Shown here one piece after another: positions 39,601-52,210 of a stretch of DNA of 64,000 nt. The notes under the pieces were generated by a model that saw only the letters and a program-made list of their open reading frames with translations, searched no databases and was not told the DNA's origin. The stretch's first letter is position 1. Each line of letters begins with the position of its first letter. The DNA is taken from positions 1 to 64,000 of the forward strand of contig KZ538317.1 of NCBI GenBank assembly GCA_000934665.2, in the 5' to 3' direction. Source of the stretch: Catajapyx aquilonaris. Lineage: Eukaryota. The translations under genes were made by a program, and so were the position numbers.

Positions 39601-41503
39601 ACTGAAGAGAAATTCAAATTTGTCTGATCTTTTTGAGCTATATATAATACAGTAAAACCTATGTGAAGTTGGACACGCTAATATGTTGGACATCTTCCTA
39701 TACTGTATGTTGGACATTTTTGGGACCACCATCGACAAGTTTCACTGTGCATAGCATGCTGTTTCGTAGAGCATATCCGAGCATATATCTACTCATTTGC
39801 ACCCTGTTGACCTATAGATTGCCACTGTAAGTGTCCACAACAGTGACGATGAAGATGCAATGATAATGAGCAAAAATTCAACGCTATATTACGGGGGTAT
39901 TTAGAGGGATATTTTTTCCGTAGTATATAGGAAGTTATTCACTGACAAGGGCGAAGAACACTATTGGTACAGCATATGGATCAGTCAGCAGTTGCTTGCC
40001 TTGAACTGAAACGACTGATGTTTGGCTGCAGGTCTTCTATCATTGCCTTACAGGTGCATCTAACGTAGTCCAGTAAAATATTTAATAAGATACGATTACT
40101 CGAATTATTGTGTTGTTGGTGAGATATTTGAAGACATTTCTGACTTGAAGGGACACTGCTGTTTAATGAATATCTTATCACTTTGAGACCAGAGGGGTTC
40201 ACTTAGATTTTTTTTGCGTACCCGGACTAACCCTCGGACTCACCCCGGACTATACCTACGAAGGTGTACACTGACTACCCTTAGTGAATAACCCCTCGGT
40301 ACGCCCAATTTTTAGTAGTTAGTGTACAATACAGTCTTTACCAGTTGCACGGTGATGACTAGACGATATCTGGAGTTCATAGTATGTAGGTCAAATTATT
40401 TATTACCGATTTACCTCAGCACTCATTGTAAGCAGCCAACTGCATACGTCCACGATCATGCTTCAACTCAACTTTATTTGTGGCAATATGTTACAGTTGA
40501 CAAAATGACGAGGGACAACTGTTGGGCTGCTAAAAGAAGTGCAATGCACGCGGATAGAAGTACGTGTTGTTTACGGAGTGTAACTGCCAGAGACACGTGA
40601 ACATGGCGAGCGTCAGTGACCAGCAATGCGGAATGCGGACACTCACGTTGCCAAACTGGAGCTCCAAATGACGCGACCAATCTAAATGGCCAGCTGAAGC
40701 AATCACCACTATAGCTGGCTCTTATGAAGCAGCCGTGCGTGCGAGTATGTAAGGTCGCTGGGCTGTCCGTATGACATGTCTCGTTGCCGTCTGTATCTGA
40801 CATTTTCGTTGCGTGGCGTGATGGCAGGCCAACATACAGCCTGGCTGGATTATAACACGATAGCACGTAATGTAGCATAGCCTATAGGTTTCCCAGCTGC
40901 AGGGACTCGGGGTAAAAATAGCGAGATATTGAGAGACACGCAGAGTTCAATGAAAGCGGCGGGAGCGCCAGGGGAATTTTATGTGTCGACGACCGTTTTA
41001 CCTGCAGTCTGGAGCTATTTTTACTGGTCTATTGTTGAAGCGATTGTGTAGTCACTTCCGCCGATAAAAGGTGGCGATGACTTCTTTACTTGGGATGGGA
41101 ATCCTGGGGAAAGGACCGATTTGATGGCCGGTTTGCGTGACGTGCCTCTTAGTAACGGATAGACTTGATTTTAGTCATTATTCTCAGTAGGCGTAGATCA
41201 TTGGCCATTCCTGCTACGTTCTACGGACAGGTCTGGCAGATGTAAACGGTGAGTTCTGCTCATGAATGCAATTTGTCATGTAAAGTGTGATCTACAAAGG
41301 TACTTGGCTTATATTATTAGGCAATCAGTTCTTGCCACTGTAGGTCAATGTATTGTGAAGAGTACCGTATACATAAGGCTAGGACCCGTAGGCAATGTGT
41401 CTCTGGACAGTTACTCACGGCTCAGTGCATGCATTCTGTCCACTTTGGATTTGGACCTGCCAAGTTTTTGTTTGGCACACTTATCATAAAATGTACACTT
41501 TAA

Positions 41504-41794
41504 CCCTGGAACCGTGACGTGCCTGAAAGTTATACGTTAACCGTGACGTGGGTTCTTTTAGGACCCCATCATATTTTAATTTTTATTAATTTTTATATAA
41601 TACTTTTCAATGTATTGACTATATGCAATCATTCTTTGAACAATGGCTAAAATGATCGCTAATTCAAAATAAACATGCACTTCCTGTTACTGTATATACT
41701 TTTTTTTTAAGGCAACAGTTCATTGTAATTATCATTTTAGTGCATTTTAATTCCTATGATATTCTAAAAGACCCCGCACGTCACGGTTCCAGGG
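41504..41794. mobile_element. piggyBac-type MITE
   Basis: TTAA|CCCTGGAACCGTGACGTGC ... GCACGTCACGGTTCCAGGG|TTAA. Confidence 0.9.
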
Positions 41795-43689
41795 TTAATG
41801 TAAAGGGGAGTTCCTCGATTTTGTTTTATCTTGTATACAAATATCCGCATGTCGACAGGAGTATGCAGGTCCTTCATCTCGACTGATGCCTTTGCACAGG
41901 TTTCAGTTGCAGTGATTCTGTGTAGGAGGCAAGTTGAACATGTTATACTGTAGTCTACTGCTTCGTTTCAAAGAAAAGTTGTTTCGATGTGTAAATAACC
42001 TATCCTACAACAAATGTCTTTGCACATGATGTTCAAAAGGGACTCGTATCAAAATGATATCAAAAAATAGAGAAGAATGGTGGAAACCTATCCCATGCTG
42101 CTGCTGCTGCGTAATAACCCACCACCCTCCACCCCTATTCCCTCCCAGCACAGCAAGCCCTCCCTTGCCACTGCAACGACCCCCACTTCTCCCCCAGCCC
42201 TCTCCTGTGCGAGCGGATCAATGAAAACGCATTGGAAAATGGAAGTCCTACAAACGGCCTTGTCCCACCAGCCTCCATACCTGGTTCCCAGTATGCTTCC
42301 TTCCTCCTCCACACACATACTCGCACACACGCTCGCGCGCTTGCGGTTCCTGGTTGGACCAACTTATGCTCCGAGTTCTATACTCATCTCACGTACCGGT
42401 CTAGTAGCTCACACGGGGCTGTGTTGGAAAGGTCAATTATTTTGTGGGGGTTAGATTGTCAACAGGTGGCCCATTCTAGGGACCGATGCTTTCGTGTATG
42501 TGGGCTCTTTATAAAATGCGGGTGATTTTTCTTGGATGCACAATGTAGGGCGGAGGATGGAGAGACTTGGTGAAGAAGAGACAAAGTCAATCGATAAGTG
42601 GAGATGCCGCCTTTCGCCTCCTGCTCCATGTCCTTCCTACAATCCTACAATTTTACTATGTTGGGGTTGGTCGCCGCGGCGTAGAGAACAGCTATCCGGA
42701 GTAGACTCCGGGATGGAGCCTGATCGATCCGGGCTGTGCCCAAGTACGGGCCGCCTCGTTGTTCCAGATCAGTACTTCCTGTCTGGCGCATTTCAAACCG
42801 GTTTTCCGAATCAATTCTGGGTCCATATTGGACCTTGCAAAGGGAGGACATTAAAAGAAAGGGGAGCGGGTCGGTGTTTTTCTGTGACCAAGAACGACGT
42901 AGTTATGGCGCAGCAGTGATTTATTTTCGGCGATTACATTTCATGGTGCAACAACCCACGAAATGTAGAATTGCGGATGACCCCAAAAACAAATTGGCAA
43001 CGCAGCGTCGGGCTATCACCCAACCACCCCACTCTCTCTCTCTTCTACCATCCCCCCTCCCCCGCCTACCTCTCCCTGTTATAGTGGAGCGCACTAGCGG
43101 GGAGGAGGGGGGGGGGCTATGGGGAGTGGGGGAGGGGGTGGTCGGCGTCGGCTGCGTCGTCGTTCATGGATGCCCGTTCATATCAAAATTACTTCTGCCA
43201 TTTCCCACCTGCGAACCTGCCCTGCATTTTCAGTTCATGGTGGGTCTGACAGTAGGGAAGTTTTGCAAACTTGTGAGGTTTTTTTTGAATATTAGGTATC
43301 GATACGGGCTGTACAGGAAGAATGTATTGCGCGTTTTAAAGGACCTATTGCCTTTTGAATACTAACTAGATCCGACCTGCAGTAACTGAAATTGAACCTG
43401 CACATCTGAATTGTGCGTGTCGTCCTTTTATGAATGTAACAGGTCGCACGAGCATTATAAATTACGTCGCTGTTAGGTACATAGATGTGCCCGCCCCCGA
43501 TTTTTGCTGAATCTTTCCTTGGGACCTATTATTTCACATGGAACCACGAAGGAGGTCTCCTAATTTGCAGTGGTGCAAACCCTTCCTTTTTTTGGTAGGT
43601 ACAGTATATAAAAAGGAGTACAAAGCTTTGCATTGAGGCAGCATCTGTTAGGATACAGTAGGCTGTGGATTGCAGCAGTGTTTTTGGCG

Positions 43690-44360
43690 GCGTCAGGCTG
43701 CCAGTGGAGCAGTGGCGGTGGGCAGTGGCAGGGTTGGGCGTCGGCGGGCGTCGGGAAGAGGGGGTGGAGTGGCGGGGAGGGGTGGAGTGGAGGTAGCAAG
43801 CCGACAGGCAGAAGGGTAGGGCAGGGCAGGGCAGGGCCGGGCCGGGGCACGACAAGCCAGGCTAGGGCAGGGCAGGGCAGGGCAGGACGGAGTGATGTAG
43901 AGGGAGTGGAAGGAAGGCGAAATGGGTGGCTGCGGGGACGACGACGAAGACGACGAAGACTAGCGAAGGTGGCCCACCTTGGTGGACTGGAGGAGGACGG
44001 AGGACTTCATAAGCCAGGATTTCAAATAATAGTGGCTGGTGCTGGTGCAGAGAGGCGGGAGAGGGAGGGAGTGGAGGGAGGCGGGTGCTGCTGGTGCAGG
44101 TGCTGCTGCATGGGGCAGCATCGCGGGCGTCGGAGGGCGTGGGTGTGGGTGTGGGAAGAAGAGTGGGAAAGGGAGAGGGTGCGGAGAAGAGGAAGTGGTG
44201 GTGGTTGTCGTGGTGGTGGAGGAGGAGGAGGAGAAGATTGTGGTGGTGGTGGTGGTTGTAGTGGCGGTGGCGGTGGAGGCTGTTGTGACGGCGGTGGTGG
44301 TGGTGTCAGTAAAGGTGCTGGGCGTAGAGACAGGGGTGGCGGCTGGGTGGTGGAGGGGCA
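43690..44360 (+). repeat. G-rich low-complexity tract: (GGGCA)n and (GGN)n
   Basis: GGGCAGGGCAGG repeats at 43815-43885 and GGT/GGA/GGC triplet runs at 44195-44305. Confidence 0.9.
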
Positions 44361-44417
44361 GGGCAGTCTTGCTCTCCCCGACTTGGCCGTCGTCGTCGCC
44401 ACTTGCGGGCTGGCGCC

Positions 44418-44511
44418 ATGTTCCGGGGCCGCCCCGGGCCGGCCGCTGCCTTCGGGCCTCCTACCGAACCGGATTCCGATCTGGAAGATCGTTCCGATGG
44501 AGGAGATGGCG
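44418..44511 (+). CDS. Candidate alternative first coding exon of the Pur gene (MFRGRPGPAAAFGPPTEPDSDLEDRSDGGDG)
   Basis: gccATG start, 31 codons + 1 nt, donor GCG|GTGAGA in phase 1, within the most CpG-rich part of the window and 5.4 kb from the shared acceptor. Confidence 0.65.
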
Positions 44512-45714
44512 GTGAGACAAATCATAAAGCGAACATGTTCAGCCCTTTCAGCACGCACGTCTCCCTTCCCTATCCGTATGTAATGTCGCCTGCATCAGAA
44601 ATTTAACCATATTTATTGCAACGTGAGATGTAGATCACGCTGGTGCTGCGCATCAACAAATGGGTGGCGATATCGATCGGAATAAACTGCGCGATCACAC
44701 TATACTAGCGCCCAGTTTGCCATTAGTTCCGATCAATGCCGCGAACTGACAGCAATCCCCTTTGTATTGCATAGTTTTCTAGCAAACTAGGGCGATGGAA
44801 TGACCTCCATACTTGGTGAGCAGGAAACTGCAAACCTCTGATGCTGGCATATGGGCTTCGAAATAGTGGTACACTACTCCCGATTATCCGGGCTAATGGA
44901 TGCACGGGTGTGGCCGGATTATCCGAAAACACGGATAATCGGAAAATAGTCCTAGACACCGTAAAATGAGGTATTCACAGGTAAGGAAGGTGGATAATCC
45001 CAGTTGAACCTATATGTTTGTCTACTTCTCGTCTACGCATAGCGTAACTTAAGAAGGAACACCCTCCTTTGAAAATATGTGGTCTAGACGTCATGACTTC
45101 AAATGACGTTGCGTTCCCCCGAAGGTCATCATGCATTCGAATGTCAACCTAGAACCTAATGAGGGTGACCCGCGAGGATATTGCCCTGCGTCACTCGAAT
45201 GGCGCATAAATCTCTCTTAAAAGTATAAGCATGAATAAATTGCTTTGAACAGTCCTGGTGTAGAGCCTGCGACAGTTTTCACCAATCCTTCAGGCGCGAC
45301 AGTTTCCCCCCATTCCCACCTCCCGTTTTTAGAGGTAGGCTACCTTGTAAGACTGTACAGTTCACTCCATTCACAAATCACAATGTAAGTTATACCTGAG
45401 TTATGACTGTAGCAATCGCGTTCCAGGACACATTCATTATACGTACGAGTAATAGTCCAAGAAACGTATGTGCGTCGGGCGGATAAAGAAGTGACTTCAT
45501 GGCCACAATAATTGTGAGTCCCAAATTATCTCCAGCATATATGCACTATCGGAATTTTTCAGCGTATCATATAAATGTGATATAAATTATAAATGTCCAT
45601 GTCAGGTACAGAGTAGCATAAAAATGTAACCTTCGGGGCATAGTTTACGACAGACAGTACCTACCTACACCAACGGGTAACCTGTCTCGAAAATTAAAAA
45701 TACTGCAAGTAATC

Positions 45715-46044
45715 GGGAGGCGCGGTGGCCCAGTTGGTAACGACTCGGCTTGCTGAGTGAAAGGTCCCGGGTTCGATCCCCGCCCGGGAGTTCCCTTTCG
45801 CCTGCGTCAGGAGGGTCTCTGACCCGCGCCTTGGAGGCGTCTGGCAACCTAACCTCCAGGGAGACTGCCCATGCACCCGTGTCTCCTGGACCCCGAAAAA
45901 TCCCCATCCTTACCTCATGTCCTTTCTTCCCTGCACACGGAGTTTGAAGAAAATACGAAAACTGATTTGAAAAATTTGATGGTGTTCCTCCCCACAAAAG
46001 AGGGCCTCTGGTCATATCGCGGTGTAACACACACACAAAAAAAA
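45715..46044 (+). mobile_element. tRNA-derived SINE, family B
   Basis: A box TGGCCCAGTTGG, B box GGTTCGATCC, (CA)n/A tail, imperfect TSD ACTGCA(A/C)GTAATC. Confidence 0.85.
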
Positions 46045-46427
46045 CTGCACGTAATCATGAAATAGGTTCTACCTTTTAAGATAATCTTATTGTCAAATTG
46101 AAACTAGCTCTCAACAGGTCATAGAGTCTTTCGTGACAGCAGTTAGCATCAGGAGAACAGCAGAATATTATATTCGTGTTCTATACTGTACACGCCAACT
46201 ATCACGCGTGCAATGAATGTTTTCCCGTGTTTAATTTATAATAGCCACCTTCTAACTCTTCGGATCGGAAATGGTTTTACGCATTGCGTCATGCTAATAG
46301 GAACATGAAATATTTGAAATCGCACAGTATACAGTGCAGTCAGTAACACCAGAATTTTCTTGAGGCAAGGCAGATAATTATGTTGGTCTTACAATGTGTG
46401 CATGGGTGACAGTATAATTATTTAGAC

Positions 46428-46717
46428 CAGGGGATCTTAACCTGGGGCACTGCGAGCAGAGGTGCCACATGTACCACAATTCTGGTATTCATGTCATAAT
46501 TTCCGGGTCCGTACCATGTACCATAATGGTACACAAGAAATACCATAATTTCGTCAAGTCCAATATTACGGGGAGACGGAGTGGCGCTGCGGTAACGTAC
46601 GCGCCCACGGATGTTAAGGTCCCGGGTTCGAACCCAACCACTCCTGGTGTAGGGGGTGCGACAAGGACCAACTGTCGTCAAAGGGGTGCGGATGCCTGAA
46701 AAGGTTAAGAACCACTG
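46428..46717. mobile_element. hAT-type MITE carrying a tRNA-like SINE head
   Basis: TIR CAGGGGATCTTAACCT / AGGTTAAGAACCACTG, 8-bp TSD ATTTAGAC on both sides, internal TGGCGCTGCGG...GGTTCGAACCC at ~46571-46640. Confidence 0.8.
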
Positions 46718-46929
46718 ATTTAGACCAACATGGGTTACTGTGCATCTCTTCTGCCTGTGAGCATCGTCTATTACGTTTTGATAATGTTATCATTAACAAC
46801 TCATAACAAATATCCTATAAATCACGCTACACTTCTAGCAACCCTGCAGCTGTTAGGGGGCATGCCTGTATGGTCTTATACTGTATCGCCAATGACAACA
46901 GTTAAAACCTATTACCGGTATAAACTATA

Positions 46930-47432
46930 CAGGGTGAAGGGAAACTCGCGGATAATCGCCAGGTAGACCAATAGTACTCGCAAAACTAATATGGGAATGT
47001 GCAATTAGTTTTTGGCTCCGTTGCGTGGTTAATGCGTACGGCGCCTTTAAAGTGTAGAGGGTCGGATGACAAAGTGCGCGGGTGTCGGCTACACGCGGGC
47101 AGGTTGCATCCGCAGTTGGAGTCCAACTCCGACTCCAACTGCGGATGCAATAACCTGCCCTTGTGTAGCCGCCTTTACTCGGACGGGATTTGATCGTCTG
47201 TTACACGTGGACGATGTTTTACGGGCCCAAGGCTGGATTGTTCAGAGGCCCTCGCCTCGAGCTGACTTTTGCTTCTTGAAACTGGTGGAGCGGATGTGAC
47301 GTCACGAAACTTTGACGGCGCCGTACGCATTAACTACGCAGCGGCGCCCAAAACTAATTTCACATCCCTATATTAGTTCTACGAGTACTCTCAGCCTATC
47401 TGGCGATTGTCCGTGAGTTTCACTTCACCCTG
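46930..47432. mobile_element. Tc1/mariner-type MITE
   Basis: TA|CAGGGTGAAGGGAAACTC ... GAGTTTCACTTCACCCTG|TA with ~115-bp arms and an internal hairpin at ~47100-47160. Confidence 0.88.
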
Positions 47433-49619
47433 TATAAAGATTATTCTAACAAGATAGATGGCTCCGAACGCCGTAATCGAGTTTGATGTCCGGATATTAT
47501 ATGATTAATTCAGAGTATGTTGGTCTTAGAATAACCCAAGGGATCGCCCTCTCTGAAGAAAATGCACCATCTGTACACGCGCGCGCGCATTACTCGAAGT
47601 TCATTTATGCAGACAAATAATGCAGCGGAAGAGTTATCTGTCTGTGGCTTCTAGGTGTGCACAAATAATTCGTAATTTATTGACGTGTGCAGGTACGAAT
47701 GTCCTCCGGGATTTAGGGTTCTTGCGAATATCTCAGACGATGTTACTCTTCTAGTTTACTTATTTGGCGGTTTCAGCGTCATTACGGAGATGAAAGTTTC
47801 TTACGTTTTAAATTGCAGTTCACCCGGTTCATCCTGCCTGTCAGGCAACCTTCCAAACATAGCTGCTTCATGGGTCACCTGGGGTGCAGGATGACCAGCG
47901 TGTATTGTAAATTGCGATTCTAAACTTAGCAAGCGATTATTATCTCCGCAGTGATGCAGAAATCGTCGAAATTAACTCGAAATGACAATTAATGGACACT
48001 AGGTCTGATCAGTGCAGTGGCGCATTGCACGATATTGTCGAAAATATGCATAGTCCCGTTTACAAACGGCATGACAGTTCCCGTAGCGCCCGTAGCCCCT
48101 TATCGGCGAATGGGTAAACAGATGATGGCCGCGTCCAAAGACGAAGTGGGTAGCGGCCAAGTCCTCGGATTTTCATCTTGGCCTGAAGAGGAGTTGTAGC
48201 ACAAGTCAGAGAGCTGGAGAAGGCCGCGTATAAATTTTATCCTGTACAAGCACCACTGTCGATATCGTTTCCCTCTTCCATCACCCTCCCAGTTTCCATT
48301 CCCATCTTTCCATCCAGCCCGATTCTGGCTCGTCGCTGGAATATTCTGTCACAGCATGCAACTGGTAATTTGAAAAATTGGCTCAGCGGATAAGCCAATC
48401 CCATTGGCCGTTGGGCTAGGCAGGTTACCAGGAGATGTGGCAGGTGTCGAGGGCGATGCCGAAGAGCTGATGCAGTCGTGATCGCAACTTTTGACCGTTT
48501 CTTATGCGTCGTCGAATTAAAAAACCGACCAAAACTTTGGAATCAGGTTTTTTTTTTTAATGTAAATTTTAAATTGACAAGTGATAATTTTAAGAGCCTT
48601 TGTACTGTTGCTGTGTCAGGAAACGTATTAATATCTGAAATATGACGAGGAAAGGGGATATTCTGTTGTTTGTGGTAAGGTATAGTGAATTTGTTTTTTT
48701 TGTCACGGTCCAATATTATCAAATGGAAGGGGAGGGGAGAGAGAGGGAGAGAGAGAGCAGTGTGCACCTCTTGGCCCCAGACTGACACTCCCTCAATAGG
48801 CCAATTCAAGTCATGATGCTGGAAGTGAGTTTATGAAAATTAACATATTACCACCATAAAAATGAAGTCAAAAGTTGCCCAAGTTTTTTTTACAGCAATT
48901 TCGTCTTGTGCAACTTTGAAAGAACCTGCACACATTTTCCACTTCTGCACCTGATCAATTAACTGCTTGCTACATTTTACACCCAACATGTTACAATTGT
49001 TCCAAGGATGGGGCTGCATATTACACTTGCCTGGCCATAATAACATTGGTAAATTACTGTAAATTAAAACAGTGCAGATTACCAGAAAGATGGATTGATT
49101 TAACAGTACAAAAGCCCTTGATATGTGTATTGGTGTTTGGGTATAACTAACCTAGATTCTTTTGTTGAATTGTCCAACAATGGTTTTTTTTTTAACCGAC
49201 TAGGATATTCAGGAATTAAGTATTGTATACCAGTCACAGGGGTCAAAATATTCTGATGCAAAGGTTCAGTTTACACTCCAAAATTGTTTTCTGAATTCCA
49301 AAAGGAGCCTTGGCGTGTCATACTTTGCATGCAAGTTGATCCTGTTTTTTAACATGGCTAAACCCGGTAATTAAAAATTAAAGTACTCCAAGTAAAAAAA
49401 TTTGCACTCCAGATGCAAGTTTTGAGTGCAAACAATTTATGATTCCACCCATGCAGCCAACTAGGGTGGTGGTGATTGCATCTCAAGCCATTTTGATTTC
49501 AATGCCTAAATGCTTACCCCATTCCTACAAATAAGTACTTGCTGATCATGCTTTTGTTAGAACCTGCTGCATGCACTTGGGGGACCCCATTTGGAACTAC
49601 TGTAGTAGCTTGTTTGAGT

Positions 49620-49756
49620 GGGGCTGTGCAGATGGGCCAAGCCCAGCCGCGGCCGCGACGGTTCACACCTGGCAAGCCATGGCCAGGCCACGGCTTACAA
49701 TGTAGGCCAACTTCCTGGAAGTTGGCCAGGGCCGCGGCCGCCGTCTGCGCGGCCCC
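49620..49756. mobile_element. GC-rich PIF/Harbinger-like MITE
   Basis: GGGGCTGTGCAGATG ... CGTCTGCGCGGCCCC with 3-bp TSD AGT. Confidence 0.65.
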
Positions 49757-49938
49757 AGTGACTAATGTAAACCAGAATTTAACACTACTTTTATGGGGTA
49801 TTGACATCCAAGGCATTGCATGTATTTGACACAGTGTATGGTCATTTTGCTCTCCTTAATCGACTAGGTGTTGTGATTTTGTGCTGCTGTATTTGTGCTC
49901 TGTCTCAGGATAAAAATGAGTGTTTCCTTTCTCTCCAG

Positions 49939-50054
49939 GTCAACCCCAGCAGGGGGAGCAGGAGCTGGCCACCAAAATGCTCCAGATCCAGTCCAAAAGG
50001 TTCTATCTGGACGTCAAGCAGAATAGAAGAGGAAGGTTTATTAAAGTAGCTGAA
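49939..50054 (+). CDS. Pur-alpha: Pur-alpha-family protein, shared exon (start of PUR repeat I)
   Basis: TTTCCTTTCTCTCCAG acceptor; [38 protein letters not shown]; donor GTGAGT. Confidence 0.97.
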
Positions 50055-50192
50055 GTGAGTCTTGCTTGATTTTACAAATGGTCATAAAATTGGACAAGTG
50101 TGGAAGTTCTTGAAACAAAGTGCTGGCTTTTTATCACCAACTGGCAACAGGAACATTAATGTAGCAGTACTCCAAGTATATTTTCTTTACAG

Positions 50193-50295
50193 ATTGGTGC
50201 TGATGGACGACGTAGCCAAATATTCTTAGCGCTATCTACAGCAGCAGAATTTAGGGATCACCTTTCAACATTTAGTGATTTTTATGCATCACTAG
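50193..50295 (+). CDS. Pur-alpha: Pur-alpha-family protein, exon (end of PUR repeat I)
   Basis: TTTTCTTTACAG acceptor; [35 protein letters not shown]; donor GTGAGT, phase 1. Confidence 0.97.
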
Positions 50296-51275
50296 GTGAG
50301 TGTTCAGTAGTAATTAACATAGTTCTGTTGATATCAGAATCCATCAAAAGTCGTGTTTACAAGGTCTCAAGAGTGGCGTTGTCAAGTAAATTATATATTG
50401 TTCAGCATGAGTGAGAAGTCAGTGGACAAATGGGGTGTGGGAATTGGCTTCTCGCTCTTGCTAGGACTTTTTCACAAGCTCGTGAACACACCTTGGGCAA
50501 ATTGTGTCAATAATATTGTTTGTTTGTTTTTCTCTGGCATAGAGAAACTCCATTTTAAACGTAATTTTGTTGCTAGATATTTGAAGTGCAACTGTAGGTT
50601 TTTTGTTACTATTTGAAATGTGACATAGGCGTCACTGCTATTCACTTGGCATTATTTCAGCCAATAAGGAGATCCCACACCAGGCAGAAGGGTTTTGGAT
50701 GGACTAATTTAGGTTTTGTGAGTAGCAGAGGTACCAATGTTAAATTTACAGTAGGACTTTGCAGCTATGTGTTGACTATTTGCTGCATTGCAACATTACC
50801 TGATTTATGCAGCTTGAAAAGGAAGTTATTTTATTGCTGTACACTTACAAATTATTTTGGGCGTTCTTTATGGCTTGCTTCTGGTGCCACAGCCCCAGCT
50901 AGGGAATTCATCTTATAAATGTTTATTTTGAATAAAGGCCCTGGTAGGATCAGTGAATCCAGTGTCCCAGAAAGACCTGGAAGAAAAGTGGAGGAATTTA
51001 TTGCAGTTAAAGCCTTCTTGCTTGAGGGAGAGCATTGTCACTGCTGCCATGAATTACTGCTCATTGGCTGATGTAGAGTGGAATGCCAGTGTTATTTGTC
51101 AGACAAAAAGGCTTCAACTGTACCAGCATTGTGGCACTGAAGCGTATTAGTGTACCGGTATATGTCAAGAGGATCCATATGTACACTAATGGCGGCCATT
51201 CCTAATCATTTGCAATGTCCAGGTTTTTTTTTGCCACCTTGTACAATTTTACAGAATTTCTTATCAAAACAAGTA

Positions 51276-51952
51276 CCGTATTGCCTCTGATATTGCGGCA
51301 TGCTGGTGTAGGCGAGGTCAACCAGTTTTTAAAAATGCTTGGTCTGGTGGCTATACCGGCATGCCTGTATAAGGCGAGGTTTTCACATAATTTACATTAT
51401 CCTTTCCGAACTTGACATTTGCCTGAAAAGCACAATTCACGTAAAGGCTATCAAAAAGGCACATTTTCTGGCAATAAGCTCTATTTAAACAGTATGTTGA
51501 AGCAGGGGGTTCCCCTGTCAAAGCTTGCTGACGATGACATTGGTCACACAATCTACATTTTTTATATGCACTGTGCAACAGAAGTTGCATATTCTCACCA
51601 GAGCTGTAACTAGCTGTTCATACGCCCTGGGCAAGAAATTATGATGTGTGCCCCCCCCCCCCCCCNNNNNNNNNNNNNNNNNNNNNNNNNNNNNNNNNNN
51701 NNNNNNNNNNNNNGGGTGCCCCTGTTGCTCCTGCCTAGTTACGGCTCTGATTCTCGCAGCTTGTACACTCGCCCATTTTCATTGTAACATTATTTTAGAA
51801 CGGAACCAGATGCATTCCAAAAGATTTGGCAACGATCAAAATTACGGAAATCTACCTCGGTTATTGCAGCATGCCGGCCACCCCTGGGTTATACCAGCAT
51901 GCTGGTCGAACTCGTTTTATACCGGCGTGCCGCAATATGAGAGGTAATACGG
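51276..51952. mobile_element. pogo/Tc1-mariner-type non-autonomous element spanning an assembly gap
   Basis: TA|CCGTATTGCCTCTGATATTGCGGCA ... TGCCGCAATATGAGAGGTAATACGG|TA. Confidence 0.7.
51666..51713. other. Assembly gap (48 N)
   Basis: Run of N after a poly-C tract. Confidence 0.99.
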
Positions 51953-52210
51953 TACAACACTCAAATCACTAAATAATTTTTGCAAAGGTTTGGCCTACTT
52001 CTGTCCACCACTTTCTCCCTTCTTTCTCCTAACATGGTTCATTTCTTTAGTTATGTGAGAAGAATGATAGTTGCCTTCAACATTGCTAGAGAGGGGGAGA
52101 GAAGCAAATTATTGCCAGTAATTATTACATCGGTATTTTTCCGAACAAAGCAATGATATATTGGGTTGTGGACAAAAAGTATTAGAGTTTCTGCATCTTG
52201 GCCTTTTTTA

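Noticed and set aside
43633..44583. 316-aa + strand ORF and overlapping 178-aa/158-aa ORFs
   Set aside because: Products of G-rich triplet low complexity (poly-Gly/Pro/Val), with no domain. The + strand ORFs are not in the frame that splices to the Pur exons.
52082..52144. Peptide IAREGERSKLLPVIITSVFFR loosely aligning to exon 50193 (possible decayed mutually exclusive exon)
   Set aside because: Only 7/21 identities, about what chance gives over a 5-kb intron. No acceptor at the matching position, and a stop follows shortly.
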